Below the pieces are notes generated by a model that saw only the letters and a list, made by a program, of their open reading frames with translations, was not told the origin of the DNA and made no database searches. 64,000 bases of DNA from an uncultured Hyphomicrobiales bacterium (lineage in GTDB: Bacteria; Bacteroidota; Ignavibacteria; Kapaibacteriales; UBA2268): assembly GCA_964454975.1 (NCBI GenBank), contig CAYVVD010000007.1, positions 63,074 through 127,073 on the forward strand, in the 5' to 3' direction. Position 1 is the stretch's first letter; each line of letters starts with the position of its first letter. A program made the position numbers and the translations under genes. Positions 17,914 through 27,161 of this stretch are shown here, one piece after another.

Positions 17914-19353
17914 GTGCTTATGCGAATTACCATAACTATATTGATTACCCTTGCATGGGTTAATTTAAGCGCCCAGAGTATAAGGCTGGTGAGGACGGAC
18001 GTGGATACTTCCCGTTCCTCTTTTATTACAGCCAGCTATATGTTCGGGGTTGATGTTTACGTAGAAGATGTGCCTGCCACAAATAATGTATCATTCGAAC
18101 TTCATTACAACAATTCAGATTTTATAAAGTACTCATCATATAAAATCGGCGATTTTGGAGACGATGGTATTGCTTTTGTAATACCGGGTGATGACGGTTC
18201 AGGCAATGGAATTCTAAAAGTAGGCGTGTTTTCCGGTAAACCTCTTGATTCAACAGGTTTTGACAATCCGATGGTGTTGCATATTGATTTTGCTGTGCTT
18301 CAATCAATTCCTGACGGTGACATTGTCAGCCTCAACTTTGTAAATGCGCTTGCCACGACAAAAGAAGATGGCGAACCTGTAAGCACAACACTCAACAGTG
18401 TATTGGCCGAATACCTTGTCCATGGTTACCGCAATGTCTGGCCCGGCGATGCTGACAATAACGGTATTGTTGACCCTCGCGATTTTAATGTTGTAGGCCT
18501 TTTTATCGGAACTGGTTCGAGGACAAAAGGCAGCCGGAGCTTCAAACGCGAAAATGCTTCCATGCTTTGGTCGGCGCAAAGAGTTTTGGTATGGGACAAT
18601 GCAGATGCTACTTTCGCTGATTGCGACGGTAACGGCGATGTTACTGTGGAGGACGGGCTAACAATTCTACTTAATATGGACAGCTCCCATGCTGATGTGA
18701 ATTCAATTCCAAATGAAGATAAATATGAACCGGCAGTTCAAAGGTACAGTGGAGATGAATACCTGCTTGTTCCACTAAGAGCTGCATACATTGAGGACTA
18801 TGTAGCGGCATTCGGAAGTATTGATATTTCAGGATTAAGAAATGACTTCGAGATTGAAGGTATTATGCCGGGGGAAGGATTTGGAAACACAGGTGTTTTT
18901 GTTTTGGAAGGATTTGAAGACAGATTTAATGCTTTTGAATTCTGCATAGGTTCTTACAGTCCTCAATTCCGGCCTGCGCCGGATGAGATAATTGCCTGGA
19001 TAGCATTAACTCCCAAGAAATCATTCTATGAAATACCTGAGATTGATGCCGATATCTGGGGCATGAACAGGCAGGGAAGAAGGTTCAAAATAGAACAACT
19101 TACTGATGTTTTGATATCTGATAAAGTAAGTGGTATTGAATTTACTACAAATGAAATAATTGTTAATGAATTGCTGAATGACAGTAAGATTGTAATTTAT
19201 GATATTCAGGGCCGGGCCGTGTATGGCTTTGAATCAATCTCTCCTTCTATCAGAATATCCAAACATGCCCTGAACCTGCAGTCTGGTATATATTTCCTTG
19301 CAATTGAAAGCAGCCTTTCCCGCCGAACTGCTAAATTTATAATTAGCGAGTAA
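17914..19353 (+). CDS. T9SS cargo with cohesin-like and dockerin-like domains
   Basis: Signal peptide; cohesin-like beta-sandwich; duplicated Ca-loops GDADNNGIVDPRD and ADCDGNGDVTVED; CTD IYDIQGR...SGIYFL. Confidence 0.7.
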   Translation: MLMRITITILITLAWVNLSAQSIRLVRTDVDTSRSSFITASYMFGVDVYVEDVPATNNVSFELHYNNSDFIKYSSYKIGDFGDDGIAFVIPGDDGSGNGILKVGVFSGKPLDSTGFDNPMVLHIDFAVLQSIPDGDIVSLNFVNALATTKEDGEPVSTTLNSVLAEYLVHGYRNVWPGDADNNGIVDPRDFNVVGLFIGTGSRTKGSRSFKRENASMLWSAQRVLVWDNADATFADCDGNGDVTVEDGLTILLNMDSSHADVNSIPNEDKYEPAVQRYSGDEYLLVPLRAAYIEDYVAAFGSIDISGLRNDFEIEGIMPGEGFGNTGVFVLEGFEDRFNAFEFCIGSYSPQFRPAPDEIIAWIALTPKKSFYEIPEIDADIWGMNRQGRRFKIEQLTDVLISDKVSGIEFTTNEIIVNELLNDSKIVIYDIQGRAVYGFESISPSIRISKHALNLQSGIYFLAIESSLSRRTAKFIISE

Positions 19354-19392
19354 ATAAAAATTCCGGAATCGCTGCAAAGAAATCCCGGAATT
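19352..19392 (-). terminator. Hairpin between converging T9SS gene and tRNA-His (likely terminator)
   Basis: AATTCCGG...CCGGAATT inverted repeat, with a T-tract on the minus strand. Confidence 0.55.
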
Positions 19393-19395
19393 CAG

Positions 19396-19469
19396 GGCGA
19401 GAGACGAGATTTGAACTCGCGACCACCAGAGCCACAATCTGGCGCTCTACCGACTGAGCTACTCCCGCC
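19396..19469 (-). tRNA. trnH: tRNA-His (GTG) with genomic G-1; CCA not encoded
   Basis: GGCGGGAGTAGCTCAGTCGGTAGAGCGCCAGATTGTGGCTCTGGTGGTCGCGAGTTCAAATCTCGTCTCTCGCC: full cloverleaf, anticodon GTG, discriminator C. Confidence 0.97.
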
Positions 19470-19480
19470 ATGTAGAACTA

Positions 19481-19488
19481 CAAATTTA
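19481..19488 (-). promoter_or_regulatory. Bacteroidota-type -7 element (TAAATTTG) for tRNA-His
   Basis: Matches TAnnTTTG, 11 nt upstream of the tRNA 5' end. Confidence 0.6.
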
Positions 19489-19567
19489 AGCAAATTTTAA
19501 ATAAAATCAATTAAGCTTATATTTCATCTTCATTTCCGGTGTCGCAACTCATTCATTATATCATATA

Positions 19568-19600
19568 ATTTCATGAAATATTAATCAATAATTCATGAAA
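19568..19600. promoter_or_regulatory. Tandem TTCATGAA palindromes (candidate operator)
   Basis: ATTTCATGAAAT at 19568-19579 and TTCATGAA at 19592-19599; cores 22 bp apart, upstream of the 12-gene operon. Confidence 0.35.
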
Positions 19601-19762
19601 CTTGATCCAATTTAATAAATTACGTTTATTAAGGTCGCTTAACAATGGGTTATTAAAAATTCATTAAGTTGTATTAATATTTCTTTTGATTATACTTTTA
19701 CTTTTCGATATTTTCCACTACTTAATAAATCCATACCGGTAATTCCACTTCAAGGAGATGAT

Positions 19763-20584
19763 ATGAATAAAATACTGGCAATACTTTCAAACTTCGGTTA
19801 TTGGGGAATTGAGTTTGTCGGTCCAAAGCTTGCCCTCGAGAAAGCGGGCTACTCAATTGAGATATGCACACCCAGGGGCGAAAGGCCAATTGCATTGCCG
19901 CCCAGCTATGACGTAAATTACTGGGACCCGCCGCTCGGCCTTAATGTTACAACCCCCGAAGATGCCGAAGAGGTAAAAAAAGTTGAAGATAGCGACTTTC
20001 TTAATAACCCGAAAAATCTTTCAGAGTGGTTTCCCGAAAGGCCCTATTTCAGCAAAGATAAATTTCTGAGGGAATTTGAAAAATATTATAACGAACTCGA
20101 AGCTGCGGAGAAAGACCTTGAGCAGTATGATGGGGTATTAATCGTAGGCGGAAGCGGGCCGATACTCGACATGGTGAACAATCAGCGTGTTCATGATGTT
20201 ATTCTCGGCTTCCACAAAGCAGACAAGCCGATTGCTGCTATTTGCTACGGGGTTGCCTGCCTCGCCCAGGCACGTGATTTCAACGAAAGGAAATCTATAA
20301 TCCGTGGCAAGCATGTCACGGGGCACTGTATCGAATATGATTACAAGGACGGAACCGGTTTTGTAGGAACTGATTTGAACATAGGCCCACCGCCATATTG
20401 CCTTGAATATATGCTTACTGATGCTGTTGGTCCTGAAGGCGAGTATCACGGTAATTTCGGCAAGCATATATCAGTCATTGTTGACTACCCGTTTATCACA
20501 GCCCGCTCGCTACAGGGTTCTCATGTATTCGGAGAAAAATTTGTTGATATGCTGGACAAAGGTTTAAGGCGCTATGGCTGGTAG
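19763..20584 (+). CDS. DJ-1/PfpI family protein (paralogue 1)
   Basis: GYWGIEF, IVGGSGP, nucleophile elbow AAICYG; AGGAG ribosome-binding site. Confidence 0.85.
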   Translation: MNKILAILSNFGYWGIEFVGPKLALEKAGYSIEICTPRGERPIALPPSYDVNYWDPPLGLNVTTPEDAEEVKKVEDSDFLNNPKNLSEWFPERPYFSKDKFLREFEKYYNELEAAEKDLEQYDGVLIVGGSGPILDMVNNQRVHDVILGFHKADKPIAAICYGVACLAQARDFNERKSIIRGKHVTGHCIEYDYKDGTGFVGTDLNIGPPPYCLEYMLTDAVGPEGEYHGNFGKHISVIVDYPFITARSLQGSHVFGEKFVDMLDKGLRRYGW

Positions 20585-22280
20585 TACAAACAGATTTAAA
20601 ATAATAGAGCAGTTCCTTGCTAATGGTATGAACAGGATGTTTGGCAACCCCGGCACTGTTGAGCAGGGCTTCCTGGATGCTCTTGCCGATTACCCTGAGA
20701 TGAAGTATATCCTTACATTGCAAGAGTCTGTTGCCGTCCTTACCGCTGACGGATATGCCCGCTCTATGAAAAAAAACACGCTTGTTCAGATTCACAGCAC
20801 ACCGGGGCTTGGTAATTCAATAGGCGCTCTTTACCAGGCGATGCGTGGTCATTCCCCGCTTGTTGTTATCGGTGGCGACGCCGGCATAAGGTATATAAAC
20901 ATGGACGCACAGATGGCCGGCGACCTGGTTAGTATTGCAAAGCCTGTCACGAAGTGGGCATCTATGATTTTGGAACCTCAATCCTGCCTGCGCATGATAA
21001 GACGGGCAATCAAAATAGCAGGGACACCGCCGATGGGGCCGGTCTATCTCTGCCTGCCTATGGATGTCCTTGATGCAGAATGCACTGAAGAAATTTACCC
21101 GGTGGGGATTCCTTCAACTCGAGTCCGGCCGGATAGTATTGCAATAGATAATGCAGCAGACATTCTTCTTTCTGCTGAAAAACCAATGATTTTTGTTGGA
21201 GATGGAGTTGCTTATTCCGGGGCTGTAGAAGAACTAACACAAGTAGCAGATTTACTCGGCGCAGAAGTTTATGGCGTGGACTCCGGTGATGTAAACATGG
21301 ACTGGTCGCATCCATTGTGGCAGGGTGCAACAGGACACATGTTCGGCTACCACAGCCTGCCAATTACCCAAAAAGGCGATGTAAACCTTTTGGTGGGAAC
21401 TTACATGGTTCCGGAAGTATTCCCTGAACTTGGTAGTATCTTTGCCTCTAAAGCAAGAAACATACACATCGACCTAAACGCTTATGAAATAGGCAAGAAC
21501 CACAGGGCTGATATTTCTTTTGTTGCGGATCCTAAATTAACTCTGAAAGCTTTATCTGAAGCACTAAATGCAAAGCGAACAAAGGCATACATTACGACCA
21601 TTGAAAGCAGGGTTTCAGAATTATCAAATGCTAAAGAACAAAGTATTGCAGAAGACAAAGAAGCAGATGATAGAATAGCTGATAATGTTCCGATGGATTT
21701 CTCTGTGTTTGCGAAAGAATTGGCGAAAAACCTCCCCGCTGACACTATAATATTTGATGAAGCGCTGACAAGCTCACCTGCTCTGACACGATACATTGTA
21801 CCTAAAAAGGAGGGCTCTTTCTTCCAGACTCGTGGCGGCTCTCTTGGAGTTGGGATCCCAGGGGCAATCGGTTTGAAGGTAGCCAACCCGGACAATACTG
21901 TAATCGGATTTACAGGCGATGGCGGTTCAATGTACACAATACAGGCACTCTGGACTGCTGCCAGGCACAACATTGATGCTAAGTTTGTAATCTGCAACAA
22001 CGGTAGTTACAGGCTGCTCCAGCTAAACATTGATGCTTACTGGCGTGAAAGGAATTTCGGAATACATGCTCATCCGCTTCCATTTGATTTATCCGAACCG
22101 CCTGTTGATTTCGCCGGCCTTGCGGAGGCAATGGGCGTTAAAGCTCTGAAAGTGGAAAAACCTGAAGAAGTTGGCACTGCAATCCGGAAAATGCTGGATC
22201 ACAAGGGGCCTTTTTTAATTGATGTAATTCTCGAAGGGGATAAACATTCGGGGGATGTTGCCCTTCATTGCGGACAATAA
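20574..22280 (+). CDS. Thiamine-diphosphate-dependent enzyme (benzoylformate decarboxylase/acetolactate synthase-like)
   Basis: MFGNPGTVE, LQESVA..ADGYAR, ThDP motif GDGGSMY...NN.SY. Confidence 0.92.
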   Translation: MAGSTNRFKIIEQFLANGMNRMFGNPGTVEQGFLDALADYPEMKYILTLQESVAVLTADGYARSMKKNTLVQIHSTPGLGNSIGALYQAMRGHSPLVVIGGDAGIRYINMDAQMAGDLVSIAKPVTKWASMILEPQSCLRMIRRAIKIAGTPPMGPVYLCLPMDVLDAECTEEIYPVGIPSTRVRPDSIAIDNAADILLSAEKPMIFVGDGVAYSGAVEELTQVADLLGAEVYGVDSGDVNMDWSHPLWQGATGHMFGYHSLPITQKGDVNLLVGTYMVPEVFPELGSIFASKARNIHIDLNAYEIGKNHRADISFVADPKLTLKALSEALNAKRTKAYITTIESRVSELSNAKEQSIAEDKEADDRIADNVPMDFSVFAKELAKNLPADTIIFDEALTSSPALTRYIVPKKEGSFFQTRGGSLGVGIPGAIGLKVANPDNTVIGFTGDGGSMYTIQALWTAARHNIDAKFVICNNGSYRLLQLNIDAYWRERNFGIHAHPLPFDLSEPPVDFAGLAEAMGVKALKVEKPEEVGTAIRKMLDHKGPFLIDVILEGDKHSGDVALHCGQ

Positions 22281-22292
22281 CCAGGAAATCAA

Positions 22293-22985
22293 ATGATACA
22301 CCAGTTAATTTTTGCAAATCCAAAACCCGGTATGAGCGTTAAAGAATTCCAGGACTATTGGCTGAACGTTCATGCTGTTAATTTCGCCAGCAAAATAAAG
22401 CAAATCAAGAAGTACAAAATTGATACAGTCTTTCCGGTTGGCGATGAAAAGCCTCTATTTAATGGTATCGCTGAAATCTGGCTTCACGAAGAAGAACAGA
22501 TTGAATCTCTCCGCTCGGATGAATTTCTTAATGGCGCACGCAGGGATGAACCGAACTGGGCTGCGTTCTGGGAAACTATCGGCCTCGACACAGATGCTCA
22601 CGTAATAGTTGACCCGGGTGAGCTGGAAAGAAATGCTTCAGGCGTGAAACTTGTGTTATTTATTAAGCGAAAAGAGGGCATTAGCCTCGGTGATTTCCGA
22701 AGTAAAAGCTTGGGCGAACATGCCGGAAGAATGCAAGCAATCCCCGGTTTGAAGGGCTATTACCAATGCCATGCGAAAGACGGCCTGTATGCTGTGGGTG
22801 AATCGAGGCTGGATTCTATAGAGTTGCTATGGTTTGAGAATGAAAAAGTCTTAGATGCAACAATTGAATCTGACGAATACAAGAGTTACGTGGAAGGAGA
22901 AATAGCCTCGCTTGTTGAGACTAAATGGCTGTTCAGGATGGCATGCAAAGAGCACTGGGTTATCGGACCGGATTTCAGGGATTGA
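22293..22985 (+). CDS. Tandem EthD-domain protein
   Basis: Two repeats: KPGMS..EF.DYW..VHA and RKEGIS...F.....EHA; FNGIAEIW. Confidence 0.8.
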   Translation: MIHQLIFANPKPGMSVKEFQDYWLNVHAVNFASKIKQIKKYKIDTVFPVGDEKPLFNGIAEIWLHEEEQIESLRSDEFLNGARRDEPNWAAFWETIGLDTDAHVIVDPGELERNASGVKLVLFIKRKEGISLGDFRSKSLGEHAGRMQAIPGLKGYYQCHAKDGLYAVGESRLDSIELLWFENEKVLDATIESDEYKSYVEGEIASLVETKWLFRMACKEHWVIGPDFRD

Positions 22986-22986
22986 T

Positions 22987-23406
22987 TTGAGCCTGGCACA
23001 AAACATATTCAGCCTTTCGGCATGCCTCGCAACATCTGATATTGTAGCAAGCATCAAATGGTATTCTGAATTTTTAGGCTGTAAGGTTGAGGAAAGGCAG
23101 GAGTATCCTGATTATGGCTTCAAGCTTGCTTTTATTTCGCTCGGAACAGTACGTTTCGAGTTAATCGAAATTCCGGGTATTGAACCATTCAAAAGGGAAT
23201 CGCCCCCTAATCATGTTAAAACACAGGGTCTGAGCCAGTTAACATTTTATGTTGAGGACATTGATGCTGCCTGGGAAGAGTTATCGTCAAAAGATATTGC
23301 AATAGCCTCGAAACCGCTCGAATATATCGCTCAGGACACAAAATTCAGAGCATTTATGATTCGCGACAACCAGGGTAATTTACTGGAATTCATTAAAAAA
23401 TATTAA
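22987..23406 (+). CDS. VOC / glyoxalase family protein (ORF open from 22912; TTG 22987 is the likely start)
   Basis: SIKWYSEFLG, FELIE, QLTFYVEDID, IRDNQGNLLEF. Confidence 0.85.
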   Translation: MSLAQNIFSLSACLATSDIVASIKWYSEFLGCKVEERQEYPDYGFKLAFISLGTVRFELIEIPGIEPFKRESPPNHVKTQGLSQLTFYVEDIDAAWEELSSKDIAIASKPLEYIAQDTKFRAFMIRDNQGNLLEFIKKY

Positions 23407-23425
23407 GCCTATAATTATTTCAATT

Positions 23426-24469
23426 ATGAAAGAACTCGATAAAAAGTTAATAAACGCTGTTGACATCCAGGATGTTGAAGCTGTTAAAATGCTTCTTGAT
23501 GAAGGCGCTAACCCAAACACCCGCGATACCGGAAGCGGGCTAACTGTGCTGATGATAGCTGCAGGCCGGGGGAATCCGAAATTAGTCCGGCTGCTAATTG
23601 ATAAAGGTGCCGATGTTTTTGCCTGCGACAGCAAAGCAGGGGCAACAGCTTTGCATAAGGCATGCCAGGGCGGCTCTCTGGAAGTGGTGAAAATCCTTGT
23701 TGATAATGGAGCCTTCATTAATGCTGTTGTTGTTTCAACAGGCCATACAGCATTAATTGAAGCGCTGTGGTTCAAGCAGGCAGATATATGCAAGTATCTG
23801 ATTGAGCAGAACGCCGGAATTAATCTGTCCACTCATTATGGTTTTACAATTCTTCAGCATTTTGAATACGCTATGAATGTAAACCAGGTAGGCAGGGAAA
23901 AGCTTCTCGAAGCTGATAAAGCCCTGAAATCCCGCCAAAGCCATGATGCCGGAATGGTAGAAACTCAGAAACTTATGAAGGCAGTTGTTGAGAATAACCT
24001 TAAAGAAGTACAGGCGCTGATATCCGCAGGCGCTGAAATTGATGAACGCTCGCCTGTATTGAACGGATTCAATGATTACCACACGCCATTGCTTGTTGCC
24101 TGCCGCGACGGGCACACAGAAATTGTAAAAGAACTTATAAACGCCGGTGCAGATATAAACGCTGTTGAGCCGACCTTCGGAGCTGTTCCATTGCACAAAG
24201 CTACATATAACGGCAGGGCTGATATTACACAAATTCTGGTTGAACAGGTTGGCATCAACCTCGATTACCAGGGCCCAACCAACGGTTATGCTCCTCTTCA
24301 TGATGCACTTTGGCATGGTTTTGCTGATTGCAGCGTAATTCTTATCAAAGCCGGAGCAAGTCTCGTGCTTAAAGGGCACGACGGCAAAACACCGCTGCAG
24401 ATAGCAACGGAGATGTTTGGGGAAGGACATGAAATTGTAGAATTGATAAGAGAAAAATCAACAAATTAA
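23426..24469 (+). CDS. Ankyrin-repeat protein
   Basis: Multiple repeats, e.g. GLTVLMIAAGRGN, GATALHKACQGG, HTPLLVACRDGH, GAVPLHKATYNG, GYAPLHDALWHG. Confidence 0.95.
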   Translation: MKELDKKLINAVDIQDVEAVKMLLDEGANPNTRDTGSGLTVLMIAAGRGNPKLVRLLIDKGADVFACDSKAGATALHKACQGGSLEVVKILVDNGAFINAVVVSTGHTALIEALWFKQADICKYLIEQNAGINLSTHYGFTILQHFEYAMNVNQVGREKLLEADKALKSRQSHDAGMVETQKLMKAVVENNLKEVQALISAGAEIDERSPVLNGFNDYHTPLLVACRDGHTEIVKELINAGADINAVEPTFGAVPLHKATYNGRADITQILVEQVGINLDYQGPTNGYAPLHDALWHGFADCSVILIKAGASLVLKGHDGKTPLQIATEMFGEGHEIVELIREKSTN

Positions 24470-24479
24470 GGAGATTGAT

Positions 24480-24890
24480 ATGGATGCAAATGAAGTAGCT
24501 CATAAATGGTTTGATGCACTAAAAAGCGGGGACACTGACACAGCAATGAGCCTGCTCGATGAAAATGTTACCTGGATAAACATGGCTCCTGAGCCGGGTG
24601 TCAGCGACGTCTTGCCATGGATTGGCAGTTACCAGGGCCTGGAAAAATTCCTGAAAGCTTTCGGAGTTTACCAGTCAGTTGTTGATGTAAAATTCATCGA
24701 ACCGACAAACCTGATTGTAGAGGGCAACCAGGCATTTGCAATGGTTCATGAGATCGGTGAAGTTAAGCATAATGGCAGGCAGTTCGATATCGAATTCGGG
24801 CTTTTGATGAAAATCGAAAACGGCAAGATTGTCTGGTGGAAATCACTTACCGATTCATCTCATATTGTCGCTGCATGGCTTGGAATGTAA
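24480..24890 (+). CDS. SnoaL-like / NTF2-family protein
   Basis: WFDAL..GD......LLDENVTW, W.G.Y.G, IENGKIVWWK. Confidence 0.85.
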   Translation: MDANEVAHKWFDALKSGDTDTAMSLLDENVTWINMAPEPGVSDVLPWIGSYQGLEKFLKAFGVYQSVVDVKFIEPTNLIVEGNQAFAMVHEIGEVKHNGRQFDIEFGLLMKIENGKIVWWKSLTDSSHIVAAWLGM

Positions 24891-24914
24891 TATTAAATAT
24901 CAAAGGATAAGAAG

Positions 24915-25535
24915 ATGTTTTTTTATAATAAAATGCGCTGGGAACTGAAAGGCATGACTTTCGACCAGCTTTGGGACATAGAAAAAGTTGAAGCTCAAAC
25001 CGGGGTTGAAACGATTGAAGAAGGTATAGTGCCTCATCTCTACAAAGTGGCTTCAGAGCAGTATGTAATTGCAATTGGGGATGCACCTTCCGCGGAAGAA
25101 CTCGATCGCTTTTCTATGGGAAGGCTGCCAATGCATGAATACCTAATGTTCGAAGCTGTATGGCCGCTTGATGAGATTTATACAATAGACCTTGTAAAAT
25201 ATTTCGATAACAGGAGAGAAAAATTTCCTGATAATCCCTCGTTCCTGATGTACATCGAACTGGCATGGAATGATACAGACAGGTATCTCGATCTGAACTG
25301 GGGCAGGATACGTCATTTTGCCCGTGGATTTGAGAGCAACGATACTCAAATCCTCAGCATATACCGTGTCTCCGGTACTCAGAAAATAATAGCAATTGTT
25401 GACTTTGCCGATTCTATGGCAATCAGCCGTTTTGTAGCAAATGAAGTATTTGACGGCTCCAAGACTGATAAGGTCTGGACATTACGAGACTACGTTGGAT
25501 TTGCTGACGATGTTGTTAAACATTACAAAGTTTGA
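24915..25535 (+). CDS. Internally duplicated muconolactone-delta-isomerase-like protein
   Basis: Halves align: LYKVASEQYVIAIGD...RF...VWPL vs IYRVSGTQKIIAIVD...RF...VWTL; MIase-like ferredoxin pattern recognised by eye. Confidence 0.5.
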   Translation: MFFYNKMRWELKGMTFDQLWDIEKVEAQTGVETIEEGIVPHLYKVASEQYVIAIGDAPSAEELDRFSMGRLPMHEYLMFEAVWPLDEIYTIDLVKYFDNRREKFPDNPSFLMYIELAWNDTDRYLDLNWGRIRHFARGFESNDTQILSIYRVSGTQKIIAIVDFADSMAISRFVANEVFDGSKTDKVWTLRDYVGFADDVVKHYKV

Positions 25536-26396
25536 TTGATGGAATCATTTGTAAAAATCCATTCATTTACATCTGACGCCAAGACCTGGTTTGTAAATCT
25601 TTTTGTCGTTGAGGGTAAAGAGGGTGTTGTCCTTGTTGACGGGGCAATGACTATTAGCTTCGCTGAAAAAGTCAGACATTTTATCAGGGATGAATTAAAA
25701 AAGCCAATCCTCGCTGCAGTGCTTACTCACGGCCATCCGGACCATTACTCGGCTGTCGGTGAAATAATAAAAGGATATGATATCCCCTATTATTCACTCC
25801 CGGGGGCAAAAAAACAGGCAATGGAACGCGAAAAGGAAGAGCTTGAAGGGATGCTCCGGGTATTTGGAGATGATTACCCAAAAGAGAGGATTTTTCCTAA
25901 CACAATAATCAGCGATGGCGATTCAATAGAACACGGCGATATTAAAATGACTGTAAGGGACTTTGGCCCGGGCGAATCGGATTCAGATTCCGCCTGGACT
26001 GTTGAAACCCCAGACGAAAATAAAGTGGTAATCGGTGATTTGATTTATAATCACATGCACTGTTTCCTGCTCGACGGCCATCCGGTTGATTGGCTTAAAA
26101 GCATTGAATTGCTTAAATCAAATTACCACGACGGTTCAACTTTTCACCCTTCTCATGGCATATCCTGCGGGCGTGAAATGCTTTACTGGCAGGAATCATA
26201 CCTGAAAATGTTTATCAACTCCGCCTGGGAGATTTTCGGGGATGACCGAACTATGACAGATACAAAACAACAAGCGATACTAAACAGGTTGAAATCATTC
26301 CTTCCAAATGATAACCTGCTATTCCTTGCAGGATTCAGGATCGATGAAACAATCAGTAAAATTTTAGACCAAACAAAAAACCTCGGAGAGAATTAA
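25536..26396 (+). CDS. Metallo-beta-lactamase-fold hydrolase
   Basis: LVDG, THGHPDH (HxHxDH), GDLIY, PSHG. Confidence 0.9.
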   Translation: MMESFVKIHSFTSDAKTWFVNLFVVEGKEGVVLVDGAMTISFAEKVRHFIRDELKKPILAAVLTHGHPDHYSAVGEIIKGYDIPYYSLPGAKKQAMEREKEELEGMLRVFGDDYPKERIFPNTIISDGDSIEHGDIKMTVRDFGPGESDSDSAWTVETPDENKVVIGDLIYNHMHCFLLDGHPVDWLKSIELLKSNYHDGSTFHPSHGISCGREMLYWQESYLKMFINSAWEIFGDDRTMTDTKQQAILNRLKSFLPNDNLLFLAGFRIDETISKILDQTKNLGEN

Positions 26397-27152
26397 ATGG
26401 GATTCAAGTTACTTGTAATAGCTTCAAACTACGGGCTTTGGGCAGAAGAACTTCAGGCACCGTGGGATGCACTCAAAAAGGCAGGACACGAACTCCGGCT
26501 TGCAACATTTCTAGGCAAAACACCTCTACCATTTAAACTTAGCATGGATACCGAATTTATTGATCCGATGATTAATCAACCCATGAACCCGAAGGAAGTG
26601 GTTGACAGGGTAAACGAAATCCTCGACAATGGTGAATGGGACAACCCGATAAAGACTGCAGACGCTAAAATGATGGACTATGACCATCTTGTTATTGTAG
26701 GCGGACCCGGAGCTGCTCTGGACATTACTGGAAATATGTTCGTGCATAAGCTTATATTTGATGCCTACAAAAGCGGCAAAACTATTGGTACATTATGCTA
26801 TGCAGTGGGAGCACTTGCATTTACACGCGACCCTGATAATGGCAACAAGAGCATCATCTATGGTAAAAACATTGTTGCGCACCCGCATGCGTGGGATTTT
26901 GACGTAGATGTAGTTTACGATGTGGAGCGTGCTACTGAGGAAAATCCAAATATTAAAATGCGCACTGCAGGATTTGTCTTCCCGCTTCAGTATATGGTAC
27001 AGGATGCCGTAGGCCCGGATGGCAAAGTGATTTTCGATTTGAAAGCTAACCGCTTTGCCCCATGTTCAAATTACGATGCACCATTTGTTACGGCGCAATC
27101 AGTAGAATCATCCGCAATATTCGGCGAAAGGCTTGTCGAAGTATTCAGTTAA
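26397..27152 (+). CDS. DJ-1/PfpI family protein (paralogue 2)
   Basis: GLWAEEL, IVGGPGA, elbow TLCYA; similar layout to 19763 paralogue. Confidence 0.82.
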   Translation: MGFKLLVIASNYGLWAEELQAPWDALKKAGHELRLATFLGKTPLPFKLSMDTEFIDPMINQPMNPKEVVDRVNEILDNGEWDNPIKTADAKMMDYDHLVIVGGPGAALDITGNMFVHKLIFDAYKSGKTIGTLCYAVGALAFTRDPDNGNKSIIYGKNIVAHPHAWDFDVDVVYDVERATEENPNIKMRTAGFVFPLQYMVQDAVGPDGKVIFDLKANRFAPCSNYDAPFVTAQSVESSAIFGERLVEVFS

Positions 27153-27161
27153 GGAGGTTCA

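Noticed and set aside
23753-24430. 225-aa minus-strand ORF
   Set aside because: Antisense shadow of the ankyrin gene; no family features.
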